Origin: Thermoplasmata archaeon
GTDB taxonomy: Archaea > Thermoplasmatota > SW-10-69-26 > JACQPN01 > JAJPHT01
Direction of reading: 5' to 3'
Length of the DNA: 54,921 nt
Assembly: GCA_034667685.1 (NCBI GenBank)
Contig: JAXDQU010000028.1
Location: forward strand, 1-54,921
Under the pieces are notes generated by a model. That model worked only from the letters and a program-made list of their open reading frames with translations, did not search any database and was not told where the DNA came from. Position numbers and translations under genes: made by a program. The first letter of the stretch is position 1; each line of letters begins with the position of its first letter. Shown in pieces: positions 8,716 through 17,400 of the stretch.

Positions 8716-8771
8716 GCGTCTCCCTGGGGAATGCCAGTTGGGCCCGGCTCATAAAGGCTTGCGAGCCGCGT

Positions 8772-9137
8772 TCAGGCCAGCGTGATCCGCACGACGTGCG
8801 TCGTCTCCTGGGAGGCCTCGCCGCCCAGCGCGATCTTCAGGGTGCCATCCTTCTGCACGACGACCTGAAGCTCCAGCGTGGTCCCCGTCATGCGCAGCGT
8901 GGGAAGCTTCTGGGCCGCGGCGCGGGCGGTGGCGGCGGCCACGACGATCGCCTCCGCGAGCGCGTCGCCCACCGAGGGCGCGTCGAGGCCGAGGGTCTTG
9001 CGGGCCGGCGGCGCGGCCAGCGCGACCGTGATCGTCTGGACCTCCGAGCGCGCCACGCCGCCGCCCACCGTGATCGGGCCGAGCTTGATCGTGCCGTCCA
9101 GGCCGCGCTTCGCGGCGCACGACACCTCCAGCTCCAC
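8772..9137 (-). CDS. Trypco2-like tandem-repeat protein, probably 5'-truncated
   Basis: Two copies of the pattern [ELxVxxxxxGxxKL..GG..S....xIxL]; the second is preceded by a helix (LAEAIVVAA). No convincing start; GTG 9137 used. Confidence 0.5.
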   Translation of the reverse strand: MELEVSCAAKRGLDGTIKLGPITVGGGVARSEVQTITVALAAPPARKTLGLDAPSVGDALAEAIVVAAATARAAAQKLPTLRMTGTTLELQVVVQKDGTLKIALGGEASQETTHVVRITLA

Positions 9138-9172
9138 GGACTCGATGCGCAGCGCGGCACCGAAGCAAAGTG

Positions 9173-9736
9173 TTACCGGCGGCAGACGCCGATGAAGTTC
9201 CGGAACAGCAGCTCCCCGAACTGGGTGTGCTCGACCTCCGGATGGAACTGCGTGGCGTAGCGCGCGCGGCGCTCGTCCTCCATCGCCTGCATGCCGCACC
9301 CCTCGGAGCGCGCGAGGAGCCGGAAGCCCTGCGGCAGCGAGACCTCGTCGTTGTGGTTCTCCCAGACGACGCTCTCCGGGGGAAGGCCTTCGAGGAGGCG
9401 CCCCGGCTCGACGAGCTTGAGCGTCGCCTTGCCGAACTCGGGCGACTTGGCGGGGAAGAGGCGGCCGCCGTAACGCAGGCCCATGACCTGCGCACCGGCG
9501 CAGATGCCCAGCACGGGGAAGGGCGCCCGGTCGAGGTACTCGGGGCAGAGGCCCATCGTGTCCAGCGTGACGCCATTCGGCGCGCCGCCCGAGAGCACGA
9601 GCCCGTCGAGATCGGCGAGCTTCTCCCAGGGCGTGTCGCGCGGCACGATCTCCGTCTCGACGCCGAGGTACTTCAGCACGCGCCACTCGCGGTGCGTCCA
9701 CTGGCCGCCGTTGTCGACCACGAAGACGCGGACCAC
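9173..9736 (-). CDS. guaAA: GMP synthase glutamine amidotransferase subunit A (copy 2)
   Basis: Same motifs as copy 1 (GICAG, NHNDEV, QFHPEVEHT); GTG 9736 with CTTAAG about 25 nt upstream. Confidence 0.88.
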   Translation of the reverse strand: MVRVFVVDNGGQWTHREWRVLKYLGVETEIVPRDTPWEKLADLDGLVLSGGAPNGVTLDTMGLCPEYLDRAPFPVLGICAGAQVMGLRYGGRLFPAKSPEFGKATLKLVEPGRLLEGLPPESVVWENHNDEVSLPQGFRLLARSEGCGMQAMEDERRARYATQFHPEVEHTQFGELLFRNFIGVCRR

Positions 9737-9818
9737 GCCGCGCCGATCGAGGCGATCCGCCTTAAGCCTGCGCCGGGGAAACGGCAGCCTCAAGGCGGGC
9801 TTGCTCCGAACCCGCCGC

Positions 9819-10160
9819 GTGGCGATCAGCCTCCGACCGCTGGGCTGGATGCTCACGCTCATGGCCAGCGTGGGCGGGCTCTACTACGCATGGCGCCAGC
9901 CGGGCAGCGCGCTGGCCGTGCTCGCGGCGTTCGTCGTCGCGGCCCTCGCCGCGCTCGCGCTGCTCGTCGTGCTCGACGTCCTCCAGCGCCGCGACCTCGA
10001 CGCGCGCCAACGCGCCGCGTGGATCGCGCTCGCGCTGCTCTCGCCCGTGGGTCCGGGCGCGTACTACGTGCTGCGCCGGCGCATCGGGCACGCCGAGCCT
10101 CCGCCGCGCGAGCGCCCGCCCAGCGCGTACCGCGTGCACGACCCGTTCCACCGGCACTAG
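9819..10160 (+). CDS. Small membrane protein with PLDc_N-like segment
   Basis: LDVLQRRDLDARQRAAWIALALLSPVGPGAYYVL resembles PLDc_N. Start 9819 or 9849. Confidence 0.65.
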   Translation: MAISLRPLGWMLTLMASVGGLYYAWRQPGSALAVLAAFVVAALAALALLVVLDVLQRRDLDARQRAAWIALALLSPVGPGAYYVLRRRIGHAEPPPRERPPSAYRVHDPFHRH

Positions 10161-10173
10161 CGCCAGGCGCGGC

Positions 10174-10701
10174 TCATGCAGGGCGGACGCGCCCGGTCTC
10201 GTTGTCGTACACGAGCCCGAAGACGTGGATGTCCTTGGGCATGTAGGGGTGGTTGCGGATGAGGTCCACGCTCTCGCGGACCTGCGCCGTCACGTCGGGG
10301 AAGCCGCCCAGCCAGCGCTGGAAGTCGGGGCGCATGACCTCGTGGAGCGGGACGCCCGTGCTCTGGCTGATGGAGTTCGCGATGCGGAACTCGCCGCGCC
10401 CCACCTGCGTCATGCCGCACTTGGAGTGCCCCATGATGACGATGTTGCGCACGCCCAGGAAGTGCACCGCGACGATCAGGCTGCGCAGCGCGCCGTCGTC
10501 CACCACGCCGCCCGCGTTGCGGATGATCTTCGCGTCGCCGTGCTCCAGCCCGAGGACGCGCTCGACGTTGTGGCGCGTGTCCATGCAGGCCACGACGGCC
10601 AGGCTCTTCGCCGGAGGCGCCGCGAGCCCGCGGTCCGCGGGGTCCCAGCCGCTCTCCACGTAGCGCTCGTTGCCCTTCAGGAGCTCGTCGAGGAGGGACA
10701 T
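10174..10701 (-). CDS. Beta-class carbonic anhydrase
   Basis: ACMDTR, RNAGG, GHSKCG zinc motifs. Confidence 0.93.
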   Translation of the reverse strand: MSLLDELLKGNERYVESGWDPADRGLAAPPAKSLAVVACMDTRHNVERVLGLEHGDAKIIRNAGGVVDDGALRSLIVAVHFLGVRNIVIMGHSKCGMTQVGRGEFRIANSISQSTGVPLHEVMRPDFQRWLGGFPDVTAQVRESVDLIRNHPYMPKDIHVFGLVYDNETGRVRPA

Positions 10702-10736
10702 GATCTCGCGAGACGGACCGATTGGCTTGAACGTTC

Positions 10737-11186
10737 CTAGCCCGAGCGTGGCAGGCGAGCCGGCAGCGCCTTCCGCGCGGCGTCGACCCGCGCGAAGCCC
10801 GCGTGAGCGGGGTTCAACAGGACGTTCCAGCCCGGCACGAGGCTGCTGGGCACGCGGAGCGCGACGCCCCGGCCCGAGGCGAGCCAGGCGTCGCCGAGCG
10901 CGCGCGTGGCCGGATCGTGCACGGCGGCGTCCCAGCCGGGCGCGAGCCGCTTCGGGTCGAGGTCCTCGACGAGCGCGTCGGGGACGTGCGCCTCCACGAG
11001 CCGGAAGCCGGCAAGCTCGTCGAGCGTCGCGTGCACCATCGTCTCCAGCACCGCGAGCGCCGCATGCTCCGCCGCGTAGACGACGGGCTTGCCCTTCGTG
11101 TGCCAGCGGCCCGAGGCCTTCAGCCCTCCTTCACCGTTCCACGCGTGCGGGACGTGGCGCTCGTGCGTGAAGCGGTAGAGGCGCAC
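10737..11186 (-). CDS. RES-domain toxin (type II TA)
   Basis: GEGGLKASGRWHTKGKPVVYAAE, LAVLE, LRVPSSLV, NVLLNPAH. Confidence 0.92.
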   Translation of the reverse strand: MRLYRFTHERHVPHAWNGEGGLKASGRWHTKGKPVVYAAEHAALAVLETMVHATLDELAGFRLVEAHVPDALVEDLDPKRLAPGWDAAVHDPATRALGDAWLASGRGVALRVPSSLVPGWNVLLNPAHAGFARVDAARKALPARLPRSG

Positions 11187-11599
11187 TAGAACACACCGTG
11201 CTCGACGCGCGAGAGCAGCTCGTTGACCTCCTCGGCGCCGAAGGCGGTCTCCGCGAGATCGACGGGCCGGTGCCCTTCGAGCGCGGGCTGCGCGCGCTCC
11301 ATCCAGGCCTTGGCGTGGGCCGGGCCGCCGAAGATCGCCTCCGCGTGCGAGAAGAGCAACGCCAGCCGCGCGACGCGCTCGGACTCGCCCGCGCTCAGCT
11401 TGCCCTCGCGCTTGCGGCGGGCCCAGGTGGTCGGGGCGATGCCCGCCGTCCGAAGCAGGTCCGCCTCGGTGAATCCCGTGTGCCGGAGGAAGCGCCGGAC
11501 CGCGGCGACGGTGAGGCCCGCCTTCACCTTGCGGTCGATCTCCAAGCGCGACTTGGAGCCGAGGCCCAGCGCGTCCGGGAACCGCGCAGCTTCCACCAT
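11186..11599 (-). CDS. Xre/MbcA/ParS-like antitoxin
   Basis: HTH plus LSAGESERVARL...AKAWMERAQPALEGHRPVDL...LLSRVEHGVF. Start 11599 or 11611. Confidence 0.92.
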   Translation of the reverse strand: MVEAARFPDALGLGSKSRLEIDRKVKAGLTVAAVRRFLRHTGFTEADLLRTAGIAPTTWARRKREGKLSAGESERVARLALLFSHAEAIFGGPAHAKAWMERAQPALEGHRPVDLAETAFGAEEVNELLSRVEHGVF

Positions 11600-11630
11600 A
11601 TGGTCATTCATGACCTACCATCTGGCATAA
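11595..11630. promoter_or_regulatory. Putative TA operator and promoter
   Basis: Palindrome ACCATATGGT (11595) and near-copy ACCATCTGGC (11617); TTTATG on the minus strand at about 11625-11631. Confidence 0.5.
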
Positions 11631-11643
11631 AGTCTTCCGAGCT

Positions 11644-12492
11644 CTATCCCTTCTCCACGGGCCGCATCGGGTTGCGGATCCATTCGGACCAGCTTCCGGG
11701 ATACAGCGCCGCGCCCGGGAGCCCGGCGATCTCCATGGCGAGGATGTCGTGCGGCGCGGTGACGCCGCTGCCGCAGTAGAACGCGACGTCCTGCGGGCGC
11801 GCGCCGGCCAGCGCCTTTTGATATCGGTCGCGAAGCTCGGGCGCGGGCAGGAAGCGGCCGGTGGCGTCGTTGTTGCCGCTGAAGGGGAGATTGATCGCGT
11901 GCGGGATGTGGCCGCCCACGGGGTCGATGGGCTCCTCGTCGCCACGATAGCGCGGGCCGGCGCGGGCGTCCACGAGGCAGCGCGGCGCGCGGGTCGTGAG
12001 CTCCCACGTGGTGACGGTCGGCATCTGCCCGGGACGACCCGCGAAGTGCCGCGGGGCGCGTTTCGGGACCTCCGCGCCCAGGGGCAGGCCGGCCTCGGTC
12101 CACGCCTGGATCCCGCCGTCGAGCACCGCGACCGCCTCGTGGCCGTAGTAACGGAGCAGCCACCACGCGCGGCTCGCCCACGCGCCGCCCCAGTCGTCGT
12201 ACGCCACGACCTGCACCGAGGCGTCGATGCCCCAGCGCGAGCAGGTCTCCAGGAACGCGTCGATGTCGGGCAGCGGGTGGCGCCCGGTCTGCGGGCGCAT
12301 GGGCGCGGAGAGGTCGCGGTCGACGTGCGCGTGGAAGGCGCCCGGGACGTGCCCCGCGGCCCAGAGGCGCGGCCCCTTCTCCGGGTCCTTCAGGTCGTGG
12401 CGCACGTCGAGCACCACGACGCGGTCCGGGTCGTCGCGCAGCGCCTTCGCCAGGCTCGCGGCGTCCACGAGCGTGCGCCAGGGGCGGTCCAC
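11644..12492 (-). CDS. Tandem-rhodanese sulfurtransferase (SseA/MST-like)
   Basis: GHVPGA, GRHPLP, GGHIPHA, active site YCGSGVTA, LYPGSWSEW. Confidence 0.93.
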   Translation of the reverse strand: MDRPWRTLVDAASLAKALRDDPDRVVVLDVRHDLKDPEKGPRLWAAGHVPGAFHAHVDRDLSAPMRPQTGRHPLPDIDAFLETCSRWGIDASVQVVAYDDWGGAWASRAWWLLRYYGHEAVAVLDGGIQAWTEAGLPLGAEVPKRAPRHFAGRPGQMPTVTTWELTTRAPRCLVDARAGPRYRGDEEPIDPVGGHIPHAINLPFSGNNDATGRFLPAPELRDRYQKALAGARPQDVAFYCGSGVTAPHDILAMEIAGLPGAALYPGSWSEWIRNPMRPVEKG

Positions 12493-12553
12493 GCCGAGGC
12501 GACGGCGCGCCTTCCTCAAAAACCCTCATCCGCGTGCGCTCGCCTGCCGCCGC

Positions 12554-13705
12554 GTGTCGTTCCTCACGCACCTCGAATGCGGGAAGTGCGGCGCGCGCCA
12601 CGACGCGGACGCGCTCCAGAACCTCTGCCGCGCGTGCGGGAAGCCGTTGCTCGCGCGGTATGATATCACCGCGGCGCGCGAAGAGGTCACGTCCGACACG
12701 TTCGAGCGCGGCGCGGACACGCTGTGGCGCTTCGCCCCGCTGCTGCCGGTGCGCGACGCGCGCCGCGTCGTCTCGCTGGGCGAGGGCATGACGCCCTTGC
12801 TATCAGGCGGCCGGCTCGCCGAGACGCTGGACCTGCCCCATCTTCTCGTGAAGGACGAGTCCGGGAATCCCACGGGCTCGTTCAAGGCGCGCGGGATGAG
12901 CGTCGCCGTCTCGCGCAACTTGGAGCTGGGCGCCACGCGCTTCGCGGTCCCCAGCGCGGGCAACGCGGGCGCGGCGCTGGCGGCGTATGCGGCGCGCGCG
13001 GGCGTGCCGGCCGACGTGTACCTGCCCGCGGACACGCCCGCGCCGATCTTCCGCGAGTGCGAGGCCGCCGGGGCGACCGTCCACGCGGTGAAGGGGCTCA
13101 TCACCGACGCCGCGCGCGAGGTGCAGCAGCGCAAGGAGGTGTTCGACGTCAGCACGCTGCGCGAGCCCTACCGCGTCGAGGGCAAGAAGACGATGGGCTA
13201 CGAGATCGTCATGCAGAACGGCTGGCGCATGCCCGACGTCGTGCTCTACCCGACGGGCGGCGGCACCGGCATCGTGGGGATGTGGAAGGCGTTCGAGGAG
13301 ATGGAGCAGCTCGGCCTCATCGGCGCCGAGCGGCCGCGCCTCGTCACCGTACAGAGCGAGGGGTGCGCGCCGATCGTCCGCGCGTTCGCCAGCGGCGCGG
13401 CCGAGGCGGCTCCGTGGGAGAACGCCAAGACCTCCGCGTGGGGACTGCGCGTGCCGCGCGCGATCGGCGACTTCCTGATCCTGCAGGCGCTGCGCGCGAG
13501 CCGCGGCGATGCGATCGCCGTCTCCGAGGAGGAGATCGCGCAGGGCAAGCGCGACCTCGCGCGGCTCGCCGGGCTGCACGCCTCGGAGGAGGGCGCGGCC
13601 ACGCTCGCGGCGGCCCGGCGGATGCGCGACGCGGGAACGCTCCGACGCGACGAGACGATCGTCCTCTTCAACACGGGCGCGGCCTGGCCCTACGGCAATA
13701 GCTAA
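12554..13705 (+). CDS. thrC: Threonine synthase (PLP)
   Basis: N-terminal CxxC...CxxC; NPTGSFKARG, SAGNAG, EGKKTMGYE, PTGGGTG. Confidence 0.88.
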   Translation: MSFLTHLECGKCGARHDADALQNLCRACGKPLLARYDITAAREEVTSDTFERGADTLWRFAPLLPVRDARRVVSLGEGMTPLLSGGRLAETLDLPHLLVKDESGNPTGSFKARGMSVAVSRNLELGATRFAVPSAGNAGAALAAYAARAGVPADVYLPADTPAPIFRECEAAGATVHAVKGLITDAAREVQQRKEVFDVSTLREPYRVEGKKTMGYEIVMQNGWRMPDVVLYPTGGGTGIVGMWKAFEEMEQLGLIGAERPRLVTVQSEGCAPIVRAFASGAAEAAPWENAKTSAWGLRVPRAIGDFLILQALRASRGDAIAVSEEEIAQGKRDLARLAGLHASEEGAATLAAARRMRDAGTLRRDETIVLFNTGAAWPYGNS

Positions 13706-13730
13706 GACGCGCCCGGCGGGTGCGCGCCGC

Positions 13731-14462
13731 ATGGAACTGACGCGCCTGCCGGAGATCCCGTACGTGGATGCGCGCAAGATGGCCGAGGCCGGCGTCGTCA
13801 CCGTCGCGGCGCTCGCGTCGCTGCACGAGCTGCATGGCCTCGCGCACCGCACCGGGCTCGACGAGGAGGCGCTCGAAGGCTACCGCGCCGCCGCGCGCTC
13901 GCACGTGGAGCGCCTGCTCGCCGGCGCGGGCATCGCGCACGAGACCGACCTCGCCGCCGCCGACTCGCACGCGCTCGCCGCCGCGACCGGGCTCCCGGTG
14001 GACGAGGTCGAGCAGTTCCAGGCCGCCGCGCGCGCCAGCCTCGCCAAGGCCGCGCCGCCGCATCACGAGCACCCGACCGTCGCCGAGGAGGCGAGGCCCG
14101 TCGAGATGGTCCCCCAGTCCACGACCCCGGAGCGCGTCGTGCTCGTCGAGGGCGAGCCCACCGCGCAGCTCGTCGTGGGCGCTCGCACGCTCGCCTCGGT
14201 CCCGATCGTCGCGGGCCGCTTCGCCGAGGACGCGCCAGGCGCCCTCGCCCGCGCCGGGGAGATCGGCGTCTTCCTTTCCGAAGGCGCGACCGCCGCGATC
14301 GTGCGCGTCGAAGGCGCGACGTACGCCGACGTCCCGATCTACAAGGGCGACACGCGCGTCCGCATCAAGGAGATCCGCGAGCGCGGCGCCGGCCCGAAAT
14401 CTCCGCCCGCGCCCGAGCCCGCGAAGAAGGGGCTCTTCTCGAAGCTCCTGAAGCGCTCGTGA
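13731..14462 (+). CDS. HhH/DUF4332-like repeat protein with C-terminal amphipathic helix
   Basis: Two AGV/AGI...LA...TGL...AAAR helical repeats; two beta repeats; ends KKGLFSKLLKRS. Confidence 0.75.
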   Translation: MELTRLPEIPYVDARKMAEAGVVTVAALASLHELHGLAHRTGLDEEALEGYRAAARSHVERLLAGAGIAHETDLAAADSHALAAATGLPVDEVEQFQAAARASLAKAAPPHHEHPTVAEEARPVEMVPQSTTPERVVLVEGEPTAQLVVGARTLASVPIVAGRFAEDAPGALARAGEIGVFLSEGATAAIVRVEGATYADVPIYKGDTRVRIKEIRERGAGPKSPPAPEPAKKGLFSKLLKRS

Positions 14463-14517
14463 GCCTTCGTCGATCGCCCCGAAACGCCTTTTCTCCCTCC
14501 CCGCCAGAATCCGGCGC

Positions 14518-14862
14518 ATGGACTTGACGGAGATCTCCGGCATCGGACCCACGTACCGCGAGCGCCTCGAGCAGGCGGGCATCGCCGATGTCGCCGCGCT
14601 CGCGCGCGTGCCCGACCTGTCCAGCCTCTCCGAGTGGACCGAGATCCCGGCGCCGCGCCTCGCCACCTTCCAGGCGAGGGCCCTCGTCCTCCTGGAGCGC
14701 ACGCCGACGGACGACGCGGGCATCGTGCTCGACCCGCCGCCCCGGCACGAGCGGCTCGGCGCGCGCCTCGCGTCGGCGGCCCGCGCCGCGCAGATCCGCG
14801 TCCTCGCCGCCGTCGGGGCGCTCGGGGCCACGCTGAAGCCGGCCCAGAGGAAGAGCGCGTGA
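14518..14862 (+). CDS. Helix-hairpin-helix (DUF4332/HHH_5-like) protein
   Basis: DLTEISGIGPTYRERLEQAGIADVAALA. Confidence 0.8.
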   Translation: MDLTEISGIGPTYRERLEQAGIADVAALARVPDLSSLSEWTEIPAPRLATFQARALVLLERTPTDDAGIVLDPPPRHERLGARLASAARAAQIRVLAAVGALGATLKPAQRKSA

Positions 14863-14888
14863 CGACCCCCCGCGGACGGAGCGGCATC

Positions 14889-14919
14889 TTTAAGCCAATG
14901 TAATACAGACGTAATACCG
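14889..14919 (+). promoter_or_regulatory. TATA box with tandem operator-like repeats
   Basis: TTTAAG at 14889-14894; GTAATAC at 14900 and 14911 (11-bp period), directly before ATG 14920. Confidence 0.65.
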
Positions 14920-15171
14920 ATGACCGACGCGGAGGAGATGGTCGCCTTCCGGCTGCCCGCTCGCGATCGGGCCGCGATCCAGCGGCTCGTGGACGACGGG
15001 CAGTTCCACAACCGGAGCGACTTCTTCCGCTACGCCGTCAAGGCCGCCCTCAGAGAGTACCCGGCGCCGGCTCCCCGGCTCCCCGACCTCGAGGGCGTCA
15101 GCCTTCCGGAACCAGCGCCCGCCCGCGCCTCGCGCGGAGGGCCTCGCGCCCGGAAGGGGGTGAACCTGTGA
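14920..15171 (+). CDS. Ribbon-helix-helix regulator (CopG/Arc; CdrS-like)
   Basis: MVAFRLP...IQRLVDDGQFHNRSDFFRYAVKAAL. Confidence 0.85.
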   Translation: MTDAEEMVAFRLPARDRAAIQRLVDDGQFHNRSDFFRYAVKAALREYPAPAPRLPDLEGVSLPEPAPARASRGGPRARKGVNL

Positions 15172-15350
15172 CGCAAAGGAAACTGAAGAAGAAGGCCAAG
15201 CAGGAGAAGGGCGCCGAGGTCAAGCTGGATGTCGGCGACACCTTCGAGATCGCCGAAGCGAAGGACAAGGACTTCGACCTCGACCTGGACGCCGCCAAGT
15301 TCCAGGGCAAGAAGGGACAGGCTGGCACTCGCACGAAGGCCGTCACGTGA
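15168..15350 (+). CDS. Small highly charged hypothetical protein (60 aa)
   Basis: GTGA overlap with the RHH stop; SD-like GGGGGTG upstream; strong codon bias. Confidence 0.7.
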   Translation: MTQRKLKKKAKQEKGAEVKLDVGDTFEIAEAKDKDFDLDLDAAKFQGKKGQAGTRTKAVT

Positions 15351-15359
15351 TATCGCGCT

Positions 15360-15432
15360 CTTGGGCTCAGGGCTCTGGACTCGGGACTCCCGGTCAGCCG
15401 GAGAGCCCCGAGTCCAGAGCCCTGAGTCCAAG
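15360..15432. repeat. Palindrome built from 7-nt units
   Basis: 30-bp arms with 2 mismatches; units GGCTCAG GGCTCTG GACTCGG GACTC. Confidence 0.85.
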
Positions 15433-15483
15433 GTCCCTCGTTCTGTAGATTGGTTTAAGGGCACGACGCCCCGTTTTCTCCGT

Positions 15484-17400
15484 ATGCGCGTCTACAGCGG
15501 CGGCCCGCTCGACGTCCCGAACGAGACGATGGCCCAGATGTTCCACCGGACCGCGCGCAACCACGCGGAGAAGGTCGGCTACCGCGGCCGGCCGGGCAAG
15601 GGGCTGCCGTTCCAGGACATGACGTGGCGCCAGACCGAGGCCGCGTGCGACGAGATCGCGAACGGCTTCCTCGCCAACGGCGCGGCGCCGCACGAGCGCG
15701 TGGCGCTGCTGGCCGAGACGAGCGCGTGGTGGAGCCTCGCCGACTTCGCGATCCTCTCCGTGGGCGGCGTGACCGTCACGGTGTATCCGACGCTCACGCC
15801 CGAGCAGATCGGCTACCTGCTCAACGACAGTGGCACGACGATGATCGTGCTCGACGGGCAGGCGGCGCTCGACAAGGTCGCGCAGATCCACGCCAAGGTG
15901 CCCAAGCTGCGGCGCATCGTCACCTTCGAGCCGTGCAACGTCCCCGCGGACCTCCAGAAGATCACGACGACGCTCGACGTCTTCCGCGAGGAGGGGCGCG
16001 CCTTCGCCGCCTTGAACCCCGGCAAGCTCGCCGAGCGCCTCGCGCAGAGCAGGCCCGAGGACGTCGCGACGATCGTCTACACGAGCGGCACGACGGGCGT
16101 CCCCAAGGGCGCCGTGCTCACGCACCGCAACTTCGTCTCGGCGACGCGCGCCGCGCGCAAGCTGCTCGACCTCGACGCGAGCTTCGCCAAGCATCCCCAG
16201 GCTTCGACCACCGTGTTCCTCCCGATGGCCCATTGCTACGGGCGCATCCACGCGCTCATGGGCGTCGACATGGGCGTGCCCGTCGCGTTCGGCGCCACGA
16301 ATTCGCTCGTGGAGGACTTCAAGGCGACGAAGCCGTTCATGATCGCGAGCGTGCCGCGCCTCTACGAGCGCATGTACGCGCAGATGCTCAAGGCCGTCGA
16401 GGAGGGGAGCCCCGCCAAGAAGCGCATCTTCTACGCCGCGGCCGCCACGGCGCGCGAGTACGGCCACGCCATCAGCAACGGCGGCCAGGCCGGCCTCGGC
16501 CTGCGCGTGCGCCACGCCATCTTCGACCGGCTCGTCTACCACAAGCTGCGCGCCGCGCTGGGCATGGAATACATGGAGGCGTGCACGACGGGCGCCGCCG
16601 CGATCCGCACCGACCTGCTCTACTTCTTCCAGGGCGTGGGCATCCCGATCCTCGAAGGGTACGGCCTCACCGAGACTTCCGCGCCCAGCAACGTCAACCC
16701 GCCGCACAAGTTCAAGCCCGGCACCGTGGGCCCGCCGTTCCCCGGCATGGAGATGACGTTGGCCGAGGACGGCGAGATCCTCATGAAGGGCCCCAACATC
16801 TTCCAGGGCTATCACAACCTCCCCAAGGAGACGGCGGAGGCGTTCAACGCGGAGGGCTGGTTCAAGACCGGCGACATCGGCGCGTTCGACGAGGACGGCT
16901 ACCTCAAGATCGTCGACCGCAAGAAGGAGCTGGAGGTCCTCAACACGGGCAAGAAGATCGCGCCCGTCATGGTCGAGGAGAAGCTCAAGGTCAATCCGCT
17001 CGTGGGCGAGGCGCTCTTCGTCGCCACCGACCGCAAGTACGGCGCGTGCCTGATCCAGCCCAACTTCGACGCGCTCGTCGCCTGGGCCAAGAAGGAGGGG
17101 ATCGCGTTCGATGGCAGCAAGGTCGTCATCAAGCCCGACCCCACCGGCCAGCCCATGACGTACAGCGTGGGGCGCGACCTGCTCGACAACCCGAGGACGA
17201 AGGCGCTCTACCAGCAGATCGTCGACGAGATGAACCGCACGCTCGCCGACTTCGAGCAGGTGCGCAGCTTCGCGTTCGCGGACAACGTGTTCAGCATGGA
17301 CCGCGACGAGATGACGATGACGCTCAAGAAGAAGCGCCGCGTCATCGCGAAGAACTACCACGACGTCATCGAGGGGATGTTCAGCCGCGGATCCACTTGA
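15484..17400 (+). CDS. Long-chain fatty acid-CoA ligase (AMP-binding)
   Basis: YTSGTTGVPKG, EGYGLTET, GWFKTGDIG, DRKKEL; TTTAAG at 15454. Confidence 0.93.
   Translation: MRVYSGGPLDVPNETMAQMFHRTARNHAEKVGYRGRPGKGLPFQDMTWRQTEAACDEIANGFLANGAAPHERVALLAETSAWWSLADFAILSVGGVTVTVYPTLTPEQIGYLLNDSGTTMIVLDGQAALDKVAQIHAKVPKLRRIVTFEPCNVPADLQKITTTLDVFREEGRAFAALNPGKLAERLAQSRPEDVATIVYTSGTTGVPKGAVLTHRNFVSATRAARKLLDLDASFAKHPQASTTVFLPMAHCYGRIHALMGVDMGVPVAFGATNSLVEDFKATKPFMIASVPRLYERMYAQMLKAVEEGSPAKKRIFYAAAATAREYGHAISNGGQAGLGLRVRHAIFDRLVYHKLRAALGMEYMEACTTGAAAIRTDLLYFFQGVGIPILEGYGLTETSAPSNVNPPHKFKPGTVGPPFPGMEMTLAEDGEILMKGPNIFQGYHNLPKETAEAFNAEGWFKTGDIGAFDEDGYLKIVDRKKELEVLNTGKKIAPVMVEEKLKVNPLVGEALFVATDRKYGACLIQPNFDALVAWAKKEGIAFDGSKVVIKPDPTGQPMTYSVGRDLLDNPRTKALYQQIVDEMNRTLADFEQVRSFAFADNVFSMDRDEMTMTLKKKRRVIAKNYHDVIEGMFSRGST

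Noticed and set aside
8560-9736. Recent gene conversion between the guaAA 5' ends
   Set aside because: Many synonymous differences in the conserved part point to purifying selection instead.
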